From contig JANKJI020000002.1 in assembly GCA_024626585.2 (NCBI GenBank), positions 210,638,339 to 210,671,065 on the forward strand: 32,727 nucleotides of DNA, in the 5' to 3' direction. The stretch is from Ginkgo biloba (Eukaryota; Plantae; Ginkgophyta). The first letter of the stretch is position 1. Each line of letters begins with the position of its first letter. The position numbers and the translations under genes were made by a program. Positions 10,206 to 21,310 of the stretch are shown one piece after another. The notes beneath the pieces are model-generated. The model ran no database searches and had not been told where the DNA came from. It was given only the letters and a program-made list of their open reading frames with translations.

Positions 10206-13200
10206 AGGACGTGGAGTGGAGAGATCAGCTCTAAGAGTGACGGAATAATAGGGTACCAATGTGACCCACCAACAAGATCAAGAGGAGAAACTTTCACTCA
10301 GTGGACAGGAGGTCGAAGTGATTTTGCACAACAGAGAGGTAGAGGAGTCGACAGAGGAGGTTATGTGCCAAGAAGACCAACGATTTGCTATAGGTGTGGC
10401 ATAGAGGGCCATTGAGCATTTTAGTGCCCAGAAAGCGGCAATGATGGGACAAAGCGGGAAGAGCCAAGAACGAATTTGGACCATGAAGAAGAGAAGGCGG
10501 AGTTGGTGGTGACAGAGAAGTCAAAGAGCCTGATGGCAAACAAGACATTGCTAGTNNNNNNNNNNNNNNNNNNNNNNNNCCACCAAAATAGGTTGACAAG
10601 TCAACCAAGGTTGTCAGGGAGTGAGATGATGGAGGATAAAAGATAGTCATCAGACAAACAAACCAAATAGACAAACAACCAGGAATTGTCGGCAAACAGA
10701 CAAGCGAACAACCTAAGGTCGTCAGAGAGTAGGATGGTAGGTAGTCGAGGTCTGTCTTCAAGAGGGGAGAGTAGTAGACAATCCACTGATGGCGAAGACA
10801 AATTGACTATTGATAGGAGACGTGACATCGACGAATGGAAGCCGACAAATGCAATGGGGCAGAGGAAGCTAATTTTCAAGATTAAATGCACGTCTAAAGC
10901 TAAATGATGCAAAGTTATCATCGACGGAGGTAGTTGTGAAAACATGGTGTCAAAGGAGATGGTTCATAAGTTGGGATTACAACAACAAAGACATGATGCC
11001 CCATACCAAATATCTTGGTTCAAGAAAGGAGGTGAGAAGGAAAGATGTATGGTGGCATTTAACATCCGAAAGTAACACAATCAAGTGTGGTGCGATGCCG
11101 TGCCAATGGATGCATGCCACTTATTGCTGGGAAGACCATGGTAGTTTGATCGACGAGCGGTACACGATGGGAGAAGGAATACGTACACCATCGACAAAGA
11201 CGGAAAGAAGTTGACCTTGTTGTCGATGGAAGAAGAGCAACCGGCACATGTGATTTTGTCGACAAAACAATTTATGAGTAGTGTGCAATCCATGAGCACA
11301 TGTTATGCATTGGTAGCGAAGAATGGTCGGAGCCAACACCGACTAAAGCCAGGGAACTGTTAGAGGAGTATCAGGATATTGAGCCAAAGGAGTTACCAAC
11401 AGGTTTTTCGCCTGATAGAGGCATCACACATCAGATCGACTTAATTCCAGGTTCGAGTCTGCCAAACCAAGTTGCCTANNNNNNNNNNNNNNNNNNNNNN
11501 NNNNNNNNNNNNNNNNNNNNNNTATTGAACAAAGGATTTATCTAGGAGAGCTTGAGTCCATGTGCAATACCGACATCGCTAATGCCAAAGAAGGATGGGA
11601 CATGGGGAATGTGTGTAGATTCTAGAGTTATTAATAAAATTACCATCGAATATAGATTCTCAATGCCACGCATGGACGACGCAATGGATTGCTTGTCGAG
11701 GGCGACATGTTTCTCAAAGGTAGACCTGAGAAGTTATTACTAGATANNNNNNNNNNNNNNNNNNNNNNNNNNNNNNNNNNNNNNNNNNNNNNNNNNNNNN
11801 NNNNNNNNNNNNNNNNNNNNNNNNNNNNNNNNNNNNNNNNNNNNNNNNNNNNNNNNNNNNNNNNNNNNNNNNNNNNNNNNNNNNNNNNNNNNNNNNNNNN
11901 NNNNNNNNNNNNNNNNNNNNNNNNNNNNNNNNNNNNNNNNNNNNNNNNNNNNNNNNNNNNNNNNNNNNNNNNNNNNNNNNNNNNNNNNNNNNNNNNNNNN
12001 NNNNNNNNNNNNNNNNNNNNNNNNNNNNNNNNNNNNNNNNNNNNNNNNNNNNNNNNNNNNNNNNNNNNNNNNNNNNNNNNNNNNNNNNNNNNNNNNNNNN
12101 NNNNNNNNNNNNNNNNNNNNNNNNNNNNNNNNNNNNNNNNNNNNNNNNNNNNNNNNNNNNNNNNNNNNTTATTTAAAGTTCATGAGGAATTTCAATGTCG
12201 TGGTGTCGATGACCAATTGCATCAAAGGAAAGGAATTTGCCAAATTTTGACAAGGTTTTCGAAGTGGAGTGTGATGCGTCGGGGATAGGAATTGGAGCAG
12301 TGCTCAGCCAAGAGGGTCGGTTGATAACATTCTTTAGTGAAAAGTTGAACAACACCAGACAGAGATATTCAACATATGACTTGGAAATCTGTGCCCTGGT
12401 ACAGGCATTAAAATATTGGAGACATTATCTGTTGCCCAAGGAGTTCATGTTGTACACCGATCATCAAGCATTGAAATTTTAGAATTCTCAAAGTAAACTT
12501 AGCGTTAGGCATGGAAAGTGGGTGGAGTTCTTGCAAGCACATTCCTTTGTCCTAAAGAATAAGTCTAGGAAGACAAATCAGGTGGAAAACGCATTGAGTC
12601 AGAGGAGGACATTTCTTCTCACAATGACCAATGAGGTTGATTGATTTGAGTCGGTAAAGGGTATGTATGACCTTGACAAGGATTTTTGTACAGTGATGGA
12701 GTACCTCAGAAGTTTGGCAAAGACTAATGGAGATCTCTATGGAGATTACTTCCTGCAAGATAGTTACCTATTCAAAGGACGACAACTATGTATACTCGAC
12801 AACTCCATGAGGGAGAACATCATCCATGAACTGCACAGTGGTGATTTGGGAGACCACTTTGGCAGAGACAAGACAATGTTGTTGGTGAAGGAGAGATAAT
12901 TTTGGTTAGGATAGAGAAGGCAAGTGAGCAGATTTGTGGAGAGGTGCCAGATTTGTTGCTTGTTNNNNNNNNNNNNNNNNNNNNNNNNNNNNNNNNNNNN
13001 NNNNNNNNNNNNNNNNNNNNNNNNNNNNGGAAGGATCGTGGCCCGACATCACCATGGAATTTGTGTTGGGTTTGTCGTGCACTCAGAAAGGCAAGGACTC
13101 CATTTTCATTGTCATGGATAGGTTCTCGAAGATGGTACATTTCATTCCTTACAAGAAGATGAATGATGCGAGTAAGACAACGGACTTATTCTTCAGAGAA

Positions 13201-14875
13201 GTGGTGAGATTGCATGGATTGACAAAGAGTATCACCTCCAATAGAGAGAAAGTTCTTAAGTCATTTTTGGTGGATGTTGTGGAGGAAGTTGGACACCAAG
13301 TTGCAATATAGCAACGCATACGACCCACAAACCGATGGACAAACAGAGGTAGTAAACCAGTCATTGGGAAATTTTTTGTAAGGCTTGGCAGGGAACAAAT
13401 CCAAGCAATGGGATGCATATAATGGTTCTGTGAACAAATCAACAGGTTTGTTGCCATTTCAAGTTGTGTATGGGAGGATGCCAAGGACAATGGTAAACTT
13501 GGTGAAACTTTCAAGTGACCGACGATCAGCGACGATGCCAAGGCATTGGCAGAGAAGATAAAGAAGGTCCATGAGGAAGTAAGGTGACAACTTGTGAGAA
13601 ACAACAACAGATACAAGGCGACAACAAATCAATCCCATTGACATAAGGAGNNNNNNNNNNNNNNNNNNNNNNNNNNNNNNNNNNNNNNNNNNNNNNNNNN
13701 NNNNNNNNNNNNNNNNNNNNNNNNNNNNNNNNNNNNNNNNNNNNNNNNNNNNNNNNNNNNNNNNNNNNNNNNNNNNNNNNNNNNNNNNNNNNNNNNNNNN
13801 NNNNNNNNNNNNNNNNNNNNNNNNNTTGACCTGTATGGGTACCAAGGCAATGACGAGGAACTAGAAGGGGAAGCAGGTGACTGGCGACAACATGTGCCGA
13901 GGAAGAAGAGAGAAGAAAGCGAAGAAGTGATGGACCGAAAGGTGGTAGAGACAGGAGGAGGAAGTTATAACTGATATTTAGTAAAGTGGAAGGAGCTACC
14001 ACAAGAGGACAATACATGGATCACCGAGGAGGAGCTCAGAAAGTTGAATGAAAAGAAATGGAGGAATTTTAAAGAACAACATGAGCACGGGCTCATGTAA
14101 ACTTTGTACCAGGGGAGGATGATGCAGGAGCATCACTAATTTTGGGTCGACAATAATTTTCTACTAGTTTTGAGAAGACCAACAAGCAAATTTTAAAGGA
14201 GATAGTATCGCAGACTGACGATGGTCAGCAGGAGACTAACAATAGATCATCGACAATGAGAGACAAGGGGAATCGACGATAAACACCGATGGTAAGAGGT
14301 TGATAGACCAGAGGTTGGAGATAGAGACCGTCGACGATAACATCGGGAGATCACCAACAATGATTGTCGATAGCGATAATAGACCAGGGTAACCTAAGGA
14401 TAGACATCAAGGATAGCCGGATAGCGATAGAGGGAGAATGACACATAGGAGACCAAAGACAGAGGATTGACAACGACAACGCGACTCCAACAGGAAGGGA
14501 AGATAAGGAGAGCAATAGTCGGTAGTGGATTTTGCGAATCTAAACCTTAATGGTGGTAGGTAGAAATATCATCAAGAAGCTTCCTCACCCGCAAGCAGAA
14601 ATTAATAGGGAATTTAATACCCACCAACCATAGGCTTGAGCGGGAAAGGTAGGTGGAGTCTCAATGCAAGGAAGAACCTTTCGGATGCACACAAGGACCA
14701 AGGCTAGAATTATAGAAGGAATGTGGAGTTAGGTGCACATGGGAGATTTTGGCGCGCGAAGAGAACCATCTGGAAGAGAGAAAGATTCAAGAAGGAAGGA
14801 GAAGGGAGGAAATTGGGAGAGAGCAAAGGAAGGTAGCAACAATCACATAGAAGAGATAGTTCAGGGAGACAAAGC
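10206..14875 (+). mobile_element. Decayed Ty3/Gypsy chromovirus, CRM-clade-like: gag zinc knuckle, protease, RT, RNase H, integrase, chromodomain, PPT, 3' LTR
   Basis: CYRCGIEGH*AF*C knuckle (~10386-10430); protease CKVIIDGGSCENMVSKEMV (~10910-10965); RT HQIDLIPGSSLPN...[30 protein letters not shown]; RNase [19 protein letters not shown]...YTDHQALKF; integrase HFGRDKT...ITMEFVLGL...[12 protein letters not shown]; PPT AGGGGAGGA 14111-14119; LTR starts TGATG at 14120, with the FVPGEDDA reading across the junction as in CRM elements. Many stops, frameshifts and gaps. Confidence 0.92.
13921..14046 (+). pseudogene. Integrase C-terminal chromodomain (one in-frame stop)
   Basis: EEVMDRKVVETGGGSYN*YLVKWKELPQEDNTWITEEELRKL contains the YLVKW...TW chromodomain core. 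Confidence 0.8.
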
Positions 14876-15377
14876 NNNNNNNNNNNNNNNNNNNNNNNNN
14901 NNNNNNNNNNNNNNNNNNNNNNNNNNNNNNNNNNNNNNNNNNNNNNNNNNNNNNNNNNNNNNNNNNNNNNNNNNNCAACAAAAATTGTAGTTCTCGGTTG
15001 CAAAAACATTATAGTTATTAGTCACATAGCTAGTTAGTAGGGAATGACCTAATACAATGAAGTAATCTTGTGTATAAGTATAATGTAACTAACTAATTAA
15101 TTAGTCAATCATAGTTAAGAATTACTGAATAAGTATGACTATTGGAATTCCCTATGAAAAGGCATTATTTGAACATTGTTGTAAGCTGCAAAGGCATCAT
15201 CATCTATTATATCAATTATATCGATTGTAATACAATATCATCTCTTTGCCTTATTCATTTTCTTCAATATCATTTGTTATTATGATTGTTTAATGTATGT
15301 CTCCTTATGAATGATCACTATAGAACTTCCATAACTAACCTCTCCATATACTTTAGAATGCAACTCTATTGGTGAGA

Positions 15378-16037
15378 GCAGTAGAATCACTAGTCTCTTT
15401 GGAGTTTTCAGTTGGCTAACCAGTGATGCAAACCTTATTGTGACATAGAATCAGTAAACAATTGGGTGCACAACATCCTTAGCTTGTATATTAGAGTTCT
15501 TTGGGGTTTTAATGCTTTATAGGCTTGTGTTGTGACCCAGGTCAATGACAATCCCTCTTCTCTTAAAAGGGTTTGTCGCCAAAGCATTTGTAGGTCCTAG
15601 TGCTTTGTGCCATTGGTTCCCATACAACATTTTCTTGTGGCAGGTTATTATATTTGATGAGGTATTCCTTGATTTAATTTTTTTCATAGATTCTTAGTTT
15701 TCTTCTCTAATATCTTCTCTTGCTCAAATATGACTTTTCCTTCTTCAGTATTTCGTTTTGAGTAATTATTGCTTGGCTCAATTCATTTTGAGACATGAGA
15801 CATGAAAGATGTCATGGATTTTTCCTTTGTTGGTTAGATCTAATGCAATAGGATCGCTAGTCTCTCCAGAGTTTTCAGTTGGCTAACTAGTGATGTAGAA
15901 TCAATAAACAATTGGGTTCACAACATCCTTAGCTTGTATATTAGAGTTCTTTGGGGTTTTAGTGCTTTGTAGGCCTATGTTCTGACCTAGGTCAATGACA
16001 TGCCCTCTTCTCTTAAAAGGGTTTGTCGCAAAAGCAT
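15378..16037 (-). mobile_element. 3' end of a second chromovirus (integrase tail, chromodomain, PPT, LTR start), with PPT plus LTR start present twice
   Basis: Minus strand ~15845-15600 reads KIHDIFHVS..CLK...EEGKVIFEQEKILEKKTKNL...IKEYLIKYNNLPQENVVWE. PPT AAGAGAAGAGGG at 15564-15553 and 16014-16003, each followed by TGTCA. Direct repeat 15378-15587 vs 15845-16037. Confidence 0.75.
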
Positions 16038-17285
16038 NNNNNNNNNNNNNNNNNNNNNNNNNNNNNNNNNNNNNNNNNNNNNNNNNNNNNNNNNNNNNNN
16101 NNNNNNNNNNNNNNNNNNNNNNNNNNNNNNNNNNNNNAGTAGAAAAACATAAAAAATAAATGAGTACAATACTAGAGTTTGGAACTTCTTGAAGGCTATT
16201 GCAAACCCCCTAATACAATAAGGGCCAACTTGATGACAATCTAGCCAAGAGAAACATTATAAACTCCGTAATCAATCCAAGCCAACCAAAGGAGGATAGA
16301 CATAACCACAACTCTAAAAGCACAAACTAAGGAAGCACTGAAATAGTTTGTGGATAAGGGGGCAAATCTAGAAGTTAGATTACCCCCGCCCTATTTTCAA
16401 TCCTTCTAGAAATTACTTATCTTGCTTGAGTGAGTACACTCAAGATAATAGTACTAGCAAGATGTAAGTAGGAGATCTGTAATTGACAAAATATGAAGAA
16501 ATTAATGAAACATACATTAACTAGCACAGGATGAGGTCACAACCAAAGGAGTCACAGATCTAGAAGACTGTGATGACAAGACCTTAATCACATGACAAAA
16601 CCCAAAATAATGTGGCAAGACTGTGAGGATTAGGCCATAATAACATAGCAAGACCTAGTATGACGTGACGAGTCAATGTGGATATTGTAGAAGCGAAAAA
16701 GACGTAAGCCAACATTATATCAGACTAGCATTAGCCCTTAAAATCAGAAGTCAACACAAAGGTGGTCAAACTCGCTTGTCAAAGATGGTCAAAGATTGAC
16801 AAAAATTACAGCATTTAATATTGAGAAAGTAGTTGGTCAAAACTAGTCAATGCCATAGAAAATAAAGCAATTAATGCTAAGAATCAATGGTCAAAGTGGT
16901 CAAAGCCATAATTAATGACAAGAGTACAGAGCATTAAATTATGCCCTAATCAATCAACTTAATGAAGAGCATACATCTTTAATGACACATACCAGCCAAG
17001 TTAAAGATGTATTTATAATGCACTCAATGTTGGTGAACACACGTTGAGTTGACTTAAAGTACAAATATGATGTCAACATTAATTAAGGAGCACTTTGACA
17101 CTATCAAACTTGTTCAAAGCCAATTTAGGGTTAAAGTTAGGCACATTTATTACCTATAAACCCATACTTAAGGTCAAGATAAAGAGTGTGCCATAAATGT
17201 ACCTAAATAGAGCCGCAATTAATGCCTAAAAAAGAAATAGTTAAACTTAATTAATCCCTTACTGAATGAAATAGTTAAATTAATG

Positions 17286-18004
17286 CCTTATTGAATGCAT
17301 CTTAATTTTGCTAAAGCTTTCAAAGAAGAAATAGTTAAACTACTGGATGTTAATTTTATTTTTCCGATAGAAAATTTAGAATGGATTTCATCCATTGTTA
17401 TTTCACGGAAGAAGAATGAAAAGCTACGAGTCTGTGTGGACTACAAGAAGTTAAATCATGCTACCAAAAATGACCACTATACTCTTCCTTTTTTAGAGCA
17501 AATTCTAGATGAAGTTGTTGGGTATCACTAACTACACCTTTGTCGATGGTTATAACAAATATAATTAGGTACACATTACAGAGAAACATCAATTAAAGAC
17601 AATTTTCACTACTCCATGGGGAACATTTGTTTATAGAGTAATGCCTTTTGATCTATGTGATGCACCTGCAACATTTCAACAGTTGATGAAACGTATTTTT
17701 GAGGCATACATTGGGCAGTTTATTCGAGTTTTCTTGGATGATTTTTGTATTTATGGGAAAAAAATAAGTCATTTAGAATAAATAGAAAAGTCATTTTAAA
17801 GGTTGGATGAAGTTAAGGCATCATTGAATCCAACCAAATGCATATTTGGGTGTTCAAAGGGCGTCTTGTTAGGCCATGTAGTTTCAAAGAATTGGATTGA
17901 AACCGATCCTGAAAAGGTATCTAATATAGAGGCATGACCTTTTCCATCTAGAAAGAGTAAATTGAGATCTTTCTTAGGGAATGCTGGATATTATAGAAGA
18001 TTCA
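17286..18004 (+). mobile_element. Decayed reverse transcriptase of a non-chromovirus Ty3/Gypsy (Athila/Tat-like)
   Basis: EWISSIVISRKKNEKLRVCVDYKKLNHATKNDHYTLPFLEQILDEV...FTTPWGTFVYRVMPFDLCDAPATFQQLM...VFLDDF (17731-17742)...LLGHVVS...LRSFLGNAGYYRRF. Contains stops and a frameshift and is cut at 18004. Confidence 0.92.
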
Positions 18005-19150
18005 TGTCACAACCCAGGAAACCTTAGTTTTAAGCCAGGTTAAAGGGAAGTCAAAGTTGGTCAAACGGGCTTAGAAAACCCCAAAGGGAAGTCAAAGTTA
18101 GTCAAACAAGCTTAGAAAAACCTAAGAGAATCTCTAAGACATTAAATAAGGCCTAAAGAAGTCTAAAAGACCTTTNNNNNNNNNNNNNNNNNNNNNNNNN
18201 NNNNNNNNNNNNNNNNNNNNNNNNNNNNNNNNNNNNNNNNNNNNNNNNNNNNNNNNNNNNNNNNNNNNNNNNNNNGAGAGTACTAAACTCCCCAGCAATT
18301 ATTGTGGGTGTTGTGAAACTACTGCAATTCTGCTCGGCTCTTTCCCCTGCTCAAAAAATACTGAACTCCCTAACAAATGTTGTGGGCACTGAGTACTACT
18401 GCAACCTCACAGGACGCATAGGTAATGGAACCTCACGGGACATAGAAAACTACCCCCAAATATCATACACAATGGTTTTGTTTGTTTCAATCCCGTTAAC
18501 AATGGTTTTTGTTTGGATGCACAAGGACTGGATGCACCGGAAGGGATGTACGGGACAATCGTACTACCCCTACTCCTGAACTGGATGGGATGCGCACTGC
18601 TCAGCTCCAGGAAATGCCAACAGGGACAAGATGCTCCTGCATGGGATATTTGTTTCAATCCTGTTAACAGACAGGGACTGGATGCAACGGAAGGAATGTA
18701 CGGGGACGGGATGCTCCTGCACAGGAACGGTAAAGTTATTGCACGGTAACGGGGCACACATGCAGAAGCTCTTACACGAGGACGTCAAGCTCCTGCACGA
18801 GCTCCTACACGAGAACAGAAGCTGTTGTAAGGGAACATGATAGTTGTTGCATAGTAACAGGATGCACGAGCAGAAGCTCCTGCATGGGCTCCAACACGGG
18901 AACATGCTCTATGGTGAATGTAGGCTTTACGAGGAAGCTCCTGCATGGGAACGTGAGCTGCTGTACGAGAATGGGCTCCTGCATGGGAACAGGATTTGTT
19001 GCACGGGAATGGGCTCCTGCACGGGCTCCTCATAGGAACGGGATCTCCAATGAACCCTAAACCCTAAGAGAGATACACAAGAGATGCACCTCAAATGAAC
19101 CCTGAGAAAGCCAGCGTAGCACTGGGTGGAAGACACCACGAGTGAAGGCA
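18005..19150 (+). mobile_element. LTR-like, repeat-rich segment interrupting the Gypsy pol
   Basis: Begins TGTCACAACCC (a typical Gypsy LTR start) exactly where RT homology stops. Contains a ~41-bp tandem duplication (18045-18125), an ~80-bp duplication (18281-18410) and a GCTCCTGCAYGG minisatellite. Confidence 0.55.
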
Positions 19151-19169
19151 AGTGAAGAATGTTCGCCTG

Positions 19170-20450
19170 TGTTGATCGCCTGATAGAAAAATGGATAAAC
19201 AGGAATCTATTAAGGATAGAAGAGTACAACTTCACTTGTTGGAGGAGATACGTCAAATGGTTGAAGACACTATAATTAAGAAAAAGATGAAGAAAAAGGG
19301 AATACTTTGATAAGAAGATCAAAAGAACTCCATTTAAGAAAGGTGACTTAGTCCTGGTTTATGATGCATGACACTACAAAGGACGCATAAGAAGTTTTTG
19401 CCTAAATGGATGGATCCATATGAAATCATTGTAGTTCATGATAATGGAGTATGTCAACTGGAAAACTTGGATGGAACTCCACGAAAAAAATGGTTCAATC
19501 ATGACAAGTTGAAACTATTTCGAGTATTGGAAGAAAAGAAATCCTAGCTGCATCGTGAAGACTTACCTACTTTGAGGACGGAGTAGAAAATCAGAAGAGG
19601 GGAGATGTTGACATGAATTTTTTTGGTGTTATTTTATTTGTATATAAAATGTGTTGTAAGAATAAGGTGTAAAATAATTAAAATACTCTTCTTATAGAGT
19701 GAATGAAATGATATTCATTTTTCTTCCCACTAGTGGCACACGGAAAGGAATAATGATGCACAACAATAAATAATGACGCACACTAGGGAATAACAACATA
19801 CACCAAAGAATGGTGTGATGTAACAATAATACCATTAGAAGTTATAGTTGATATTAATATATAAGAATAGATTATATGAAAACATATGGCTTATTAAAAA
19901 TGTCCCACTATATAGATAATTAAATTCTAGAAGGATTCCAAATGACTGAAGGAGAAGTGAGGAAAGTGTCACATATTCAAATAATTAAGCAAGAGGCATA
20001 TGCGACTATTAAATAAGAGGAGATATATTAAAATGTCTAAATATATATATAGAAAAGTGAGAAAGCATTTAAAAAAAGGTGGAGTTAGTTATAGAAAACT
20101 AAGGAGTAAAATCTAGAAAAGGCTAAAAGTAGAGGTAATATCTATACATTAGAACTATTATAAATATATGTCTCCTATAGTGTCTTATAATATTGGTTTT
20201 GATGTATATGTAGATGTTGATATGGATATTGATAGAGATAGGGAGTCTACGATATAGAGTTATCTATGTCCAGATCTATAATTATTTTAGAATATGCAAG
20301 TGTGTATGGGTACATAAGTGGAGAATCTCTTATAAAAAAGTGTGAGTGGTGCAAGGGGTTCTCATCTAATGATAATTGGTGTCATTTTGAAGATCCAGAG
20401 AGAAAGACATCATTGGAGGCATGAGTCCACTTAGAGGATGGTAATCCTTA
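19170..20450 (+). mobile_element. Integrase C-terminus (GPY/F region), PPT and 3' LTR of a non-chromovirus Gypsy
   Basis: YFDKKIKRTPFKKGDLVLVYDA/..HKKFLPKWMDPYEIIVVHDNGVCQLENLDGTPRKKWFNHDKLKLF; PPT AGAAGAGGGGAGA 19593-19605; LTR starts TGTTG at 19606. Confidence 0.8.
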
Positions 20451-20550
20451 NNNNNNNNNNNNNNNNNNNNNNNNNNNNNNNNNNNNNNNNNNNNNNNNNN
20501 NNNNNNNNNNNNNNNNNNNNNNNNNNNNNNNNNNNNNNNNNNNNNNNNNN

Positions 20551-20618
20551 GCTACTAGATTGGTTCTAGTAGTTGTATTGCATCTAGTTCTACATAATTG
20601 TTGCGTCAGAAGTGGAAT
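20551..20618 (+). mobile_element. LTR 3' end plus degenerate tRNA-Leu(CAA)-type PBS
   Basis: ...CTACA (20594), then TTGCGTCAGAAGTGGAAT (20601-20618), which matches TGGTGTCAGAAGTGGGAT (complement of the eukaryotic tRNA-Leu(CAA) 3' end, recalled) at 15/18 positions. Confidence 0.5.
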
Positions 20619-21110
20619 AAGGTCACTACACTTGAGGTATTCTAGAAAGTGACGTTTTTGCTAAAGCAAGCTTCTATATCACTTGGAGAAGGCATAACAT
20701 CAATGTAAGTACCTAAAGAGGTACATCCTATTTCATTTATTTATATTAATTTATGCTATTGCAATGTTCTTGTGCTTTGTGTGGTCTAAATCTATGATCC
20801 TTATTNNNNNNNNNNGTATGATGTCATAGGGGTGTATGTGCCCTAGACTATCAGATTTAGACTTGTTACATCATTGCCCTATAAGTCATAGGGTAATTGC
20901 CTACACTTTAGTATGTCTAATTGTCGTTATGATGAGTAGGGTGGAAAGGTCTTAGACTGTGTAAAGCCTTTATGAGTAAATACCCTAGAAAGCTGTCTAT
21001 AGCGGCTTGCAAGTGCATGGTAACCATTGTGAGGATATTATATAATTGGCTAAGGTTTGTACTAGTAAAGCCCATGTGTGTGAACACATGTTATTAGGGC
21101 TAGACAACTA

Positions 21111-21310
21111 GAGTGGGGCTAGCAACCCAGGAGCTCCAAGGAGACTTCAGTGCTACAACTATGCTAGTAGATGTAGTGGGGGATGAATATCCCGACTGAC
21201 TGTTACTATGAGCTAGGAGTGGGGCTAGCAACCTAGGGACTCTAGGGAGACTTCAGTGCTATGGTTTGTGTTAGCAGACATAGTGGGGGCCGAATATCTC
21301 GATTGATTGT
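21111..21310 (+). repeat. Two-copy tandem repeat (period 106 bp) inside LTR-like DNA that ends GGGGTTGTTAC at ~21759
   Basis: GAGTGGGGCTAGCAACC...GGAGACTTCAGTGCTA...TAGTGGGGG..GAATATC at 21111-21203 and 21217-21310. Confidence 0.8.

Noticed and set aside
15000-15335. Possible solo LTR (TATA-like CTATGAAAAGG, U5-like composition)
   Set aside because: No clear TG...CA termini, TSD, PBS or second copy.
18633-19036. Repeat-spacer pattern resembling a CRISPR array
   Set aside because: Units are short (~12 bp), degenerate and irregularly spaced, the spacers are related to each other, there are no cas genes and the context is eukaryotic.
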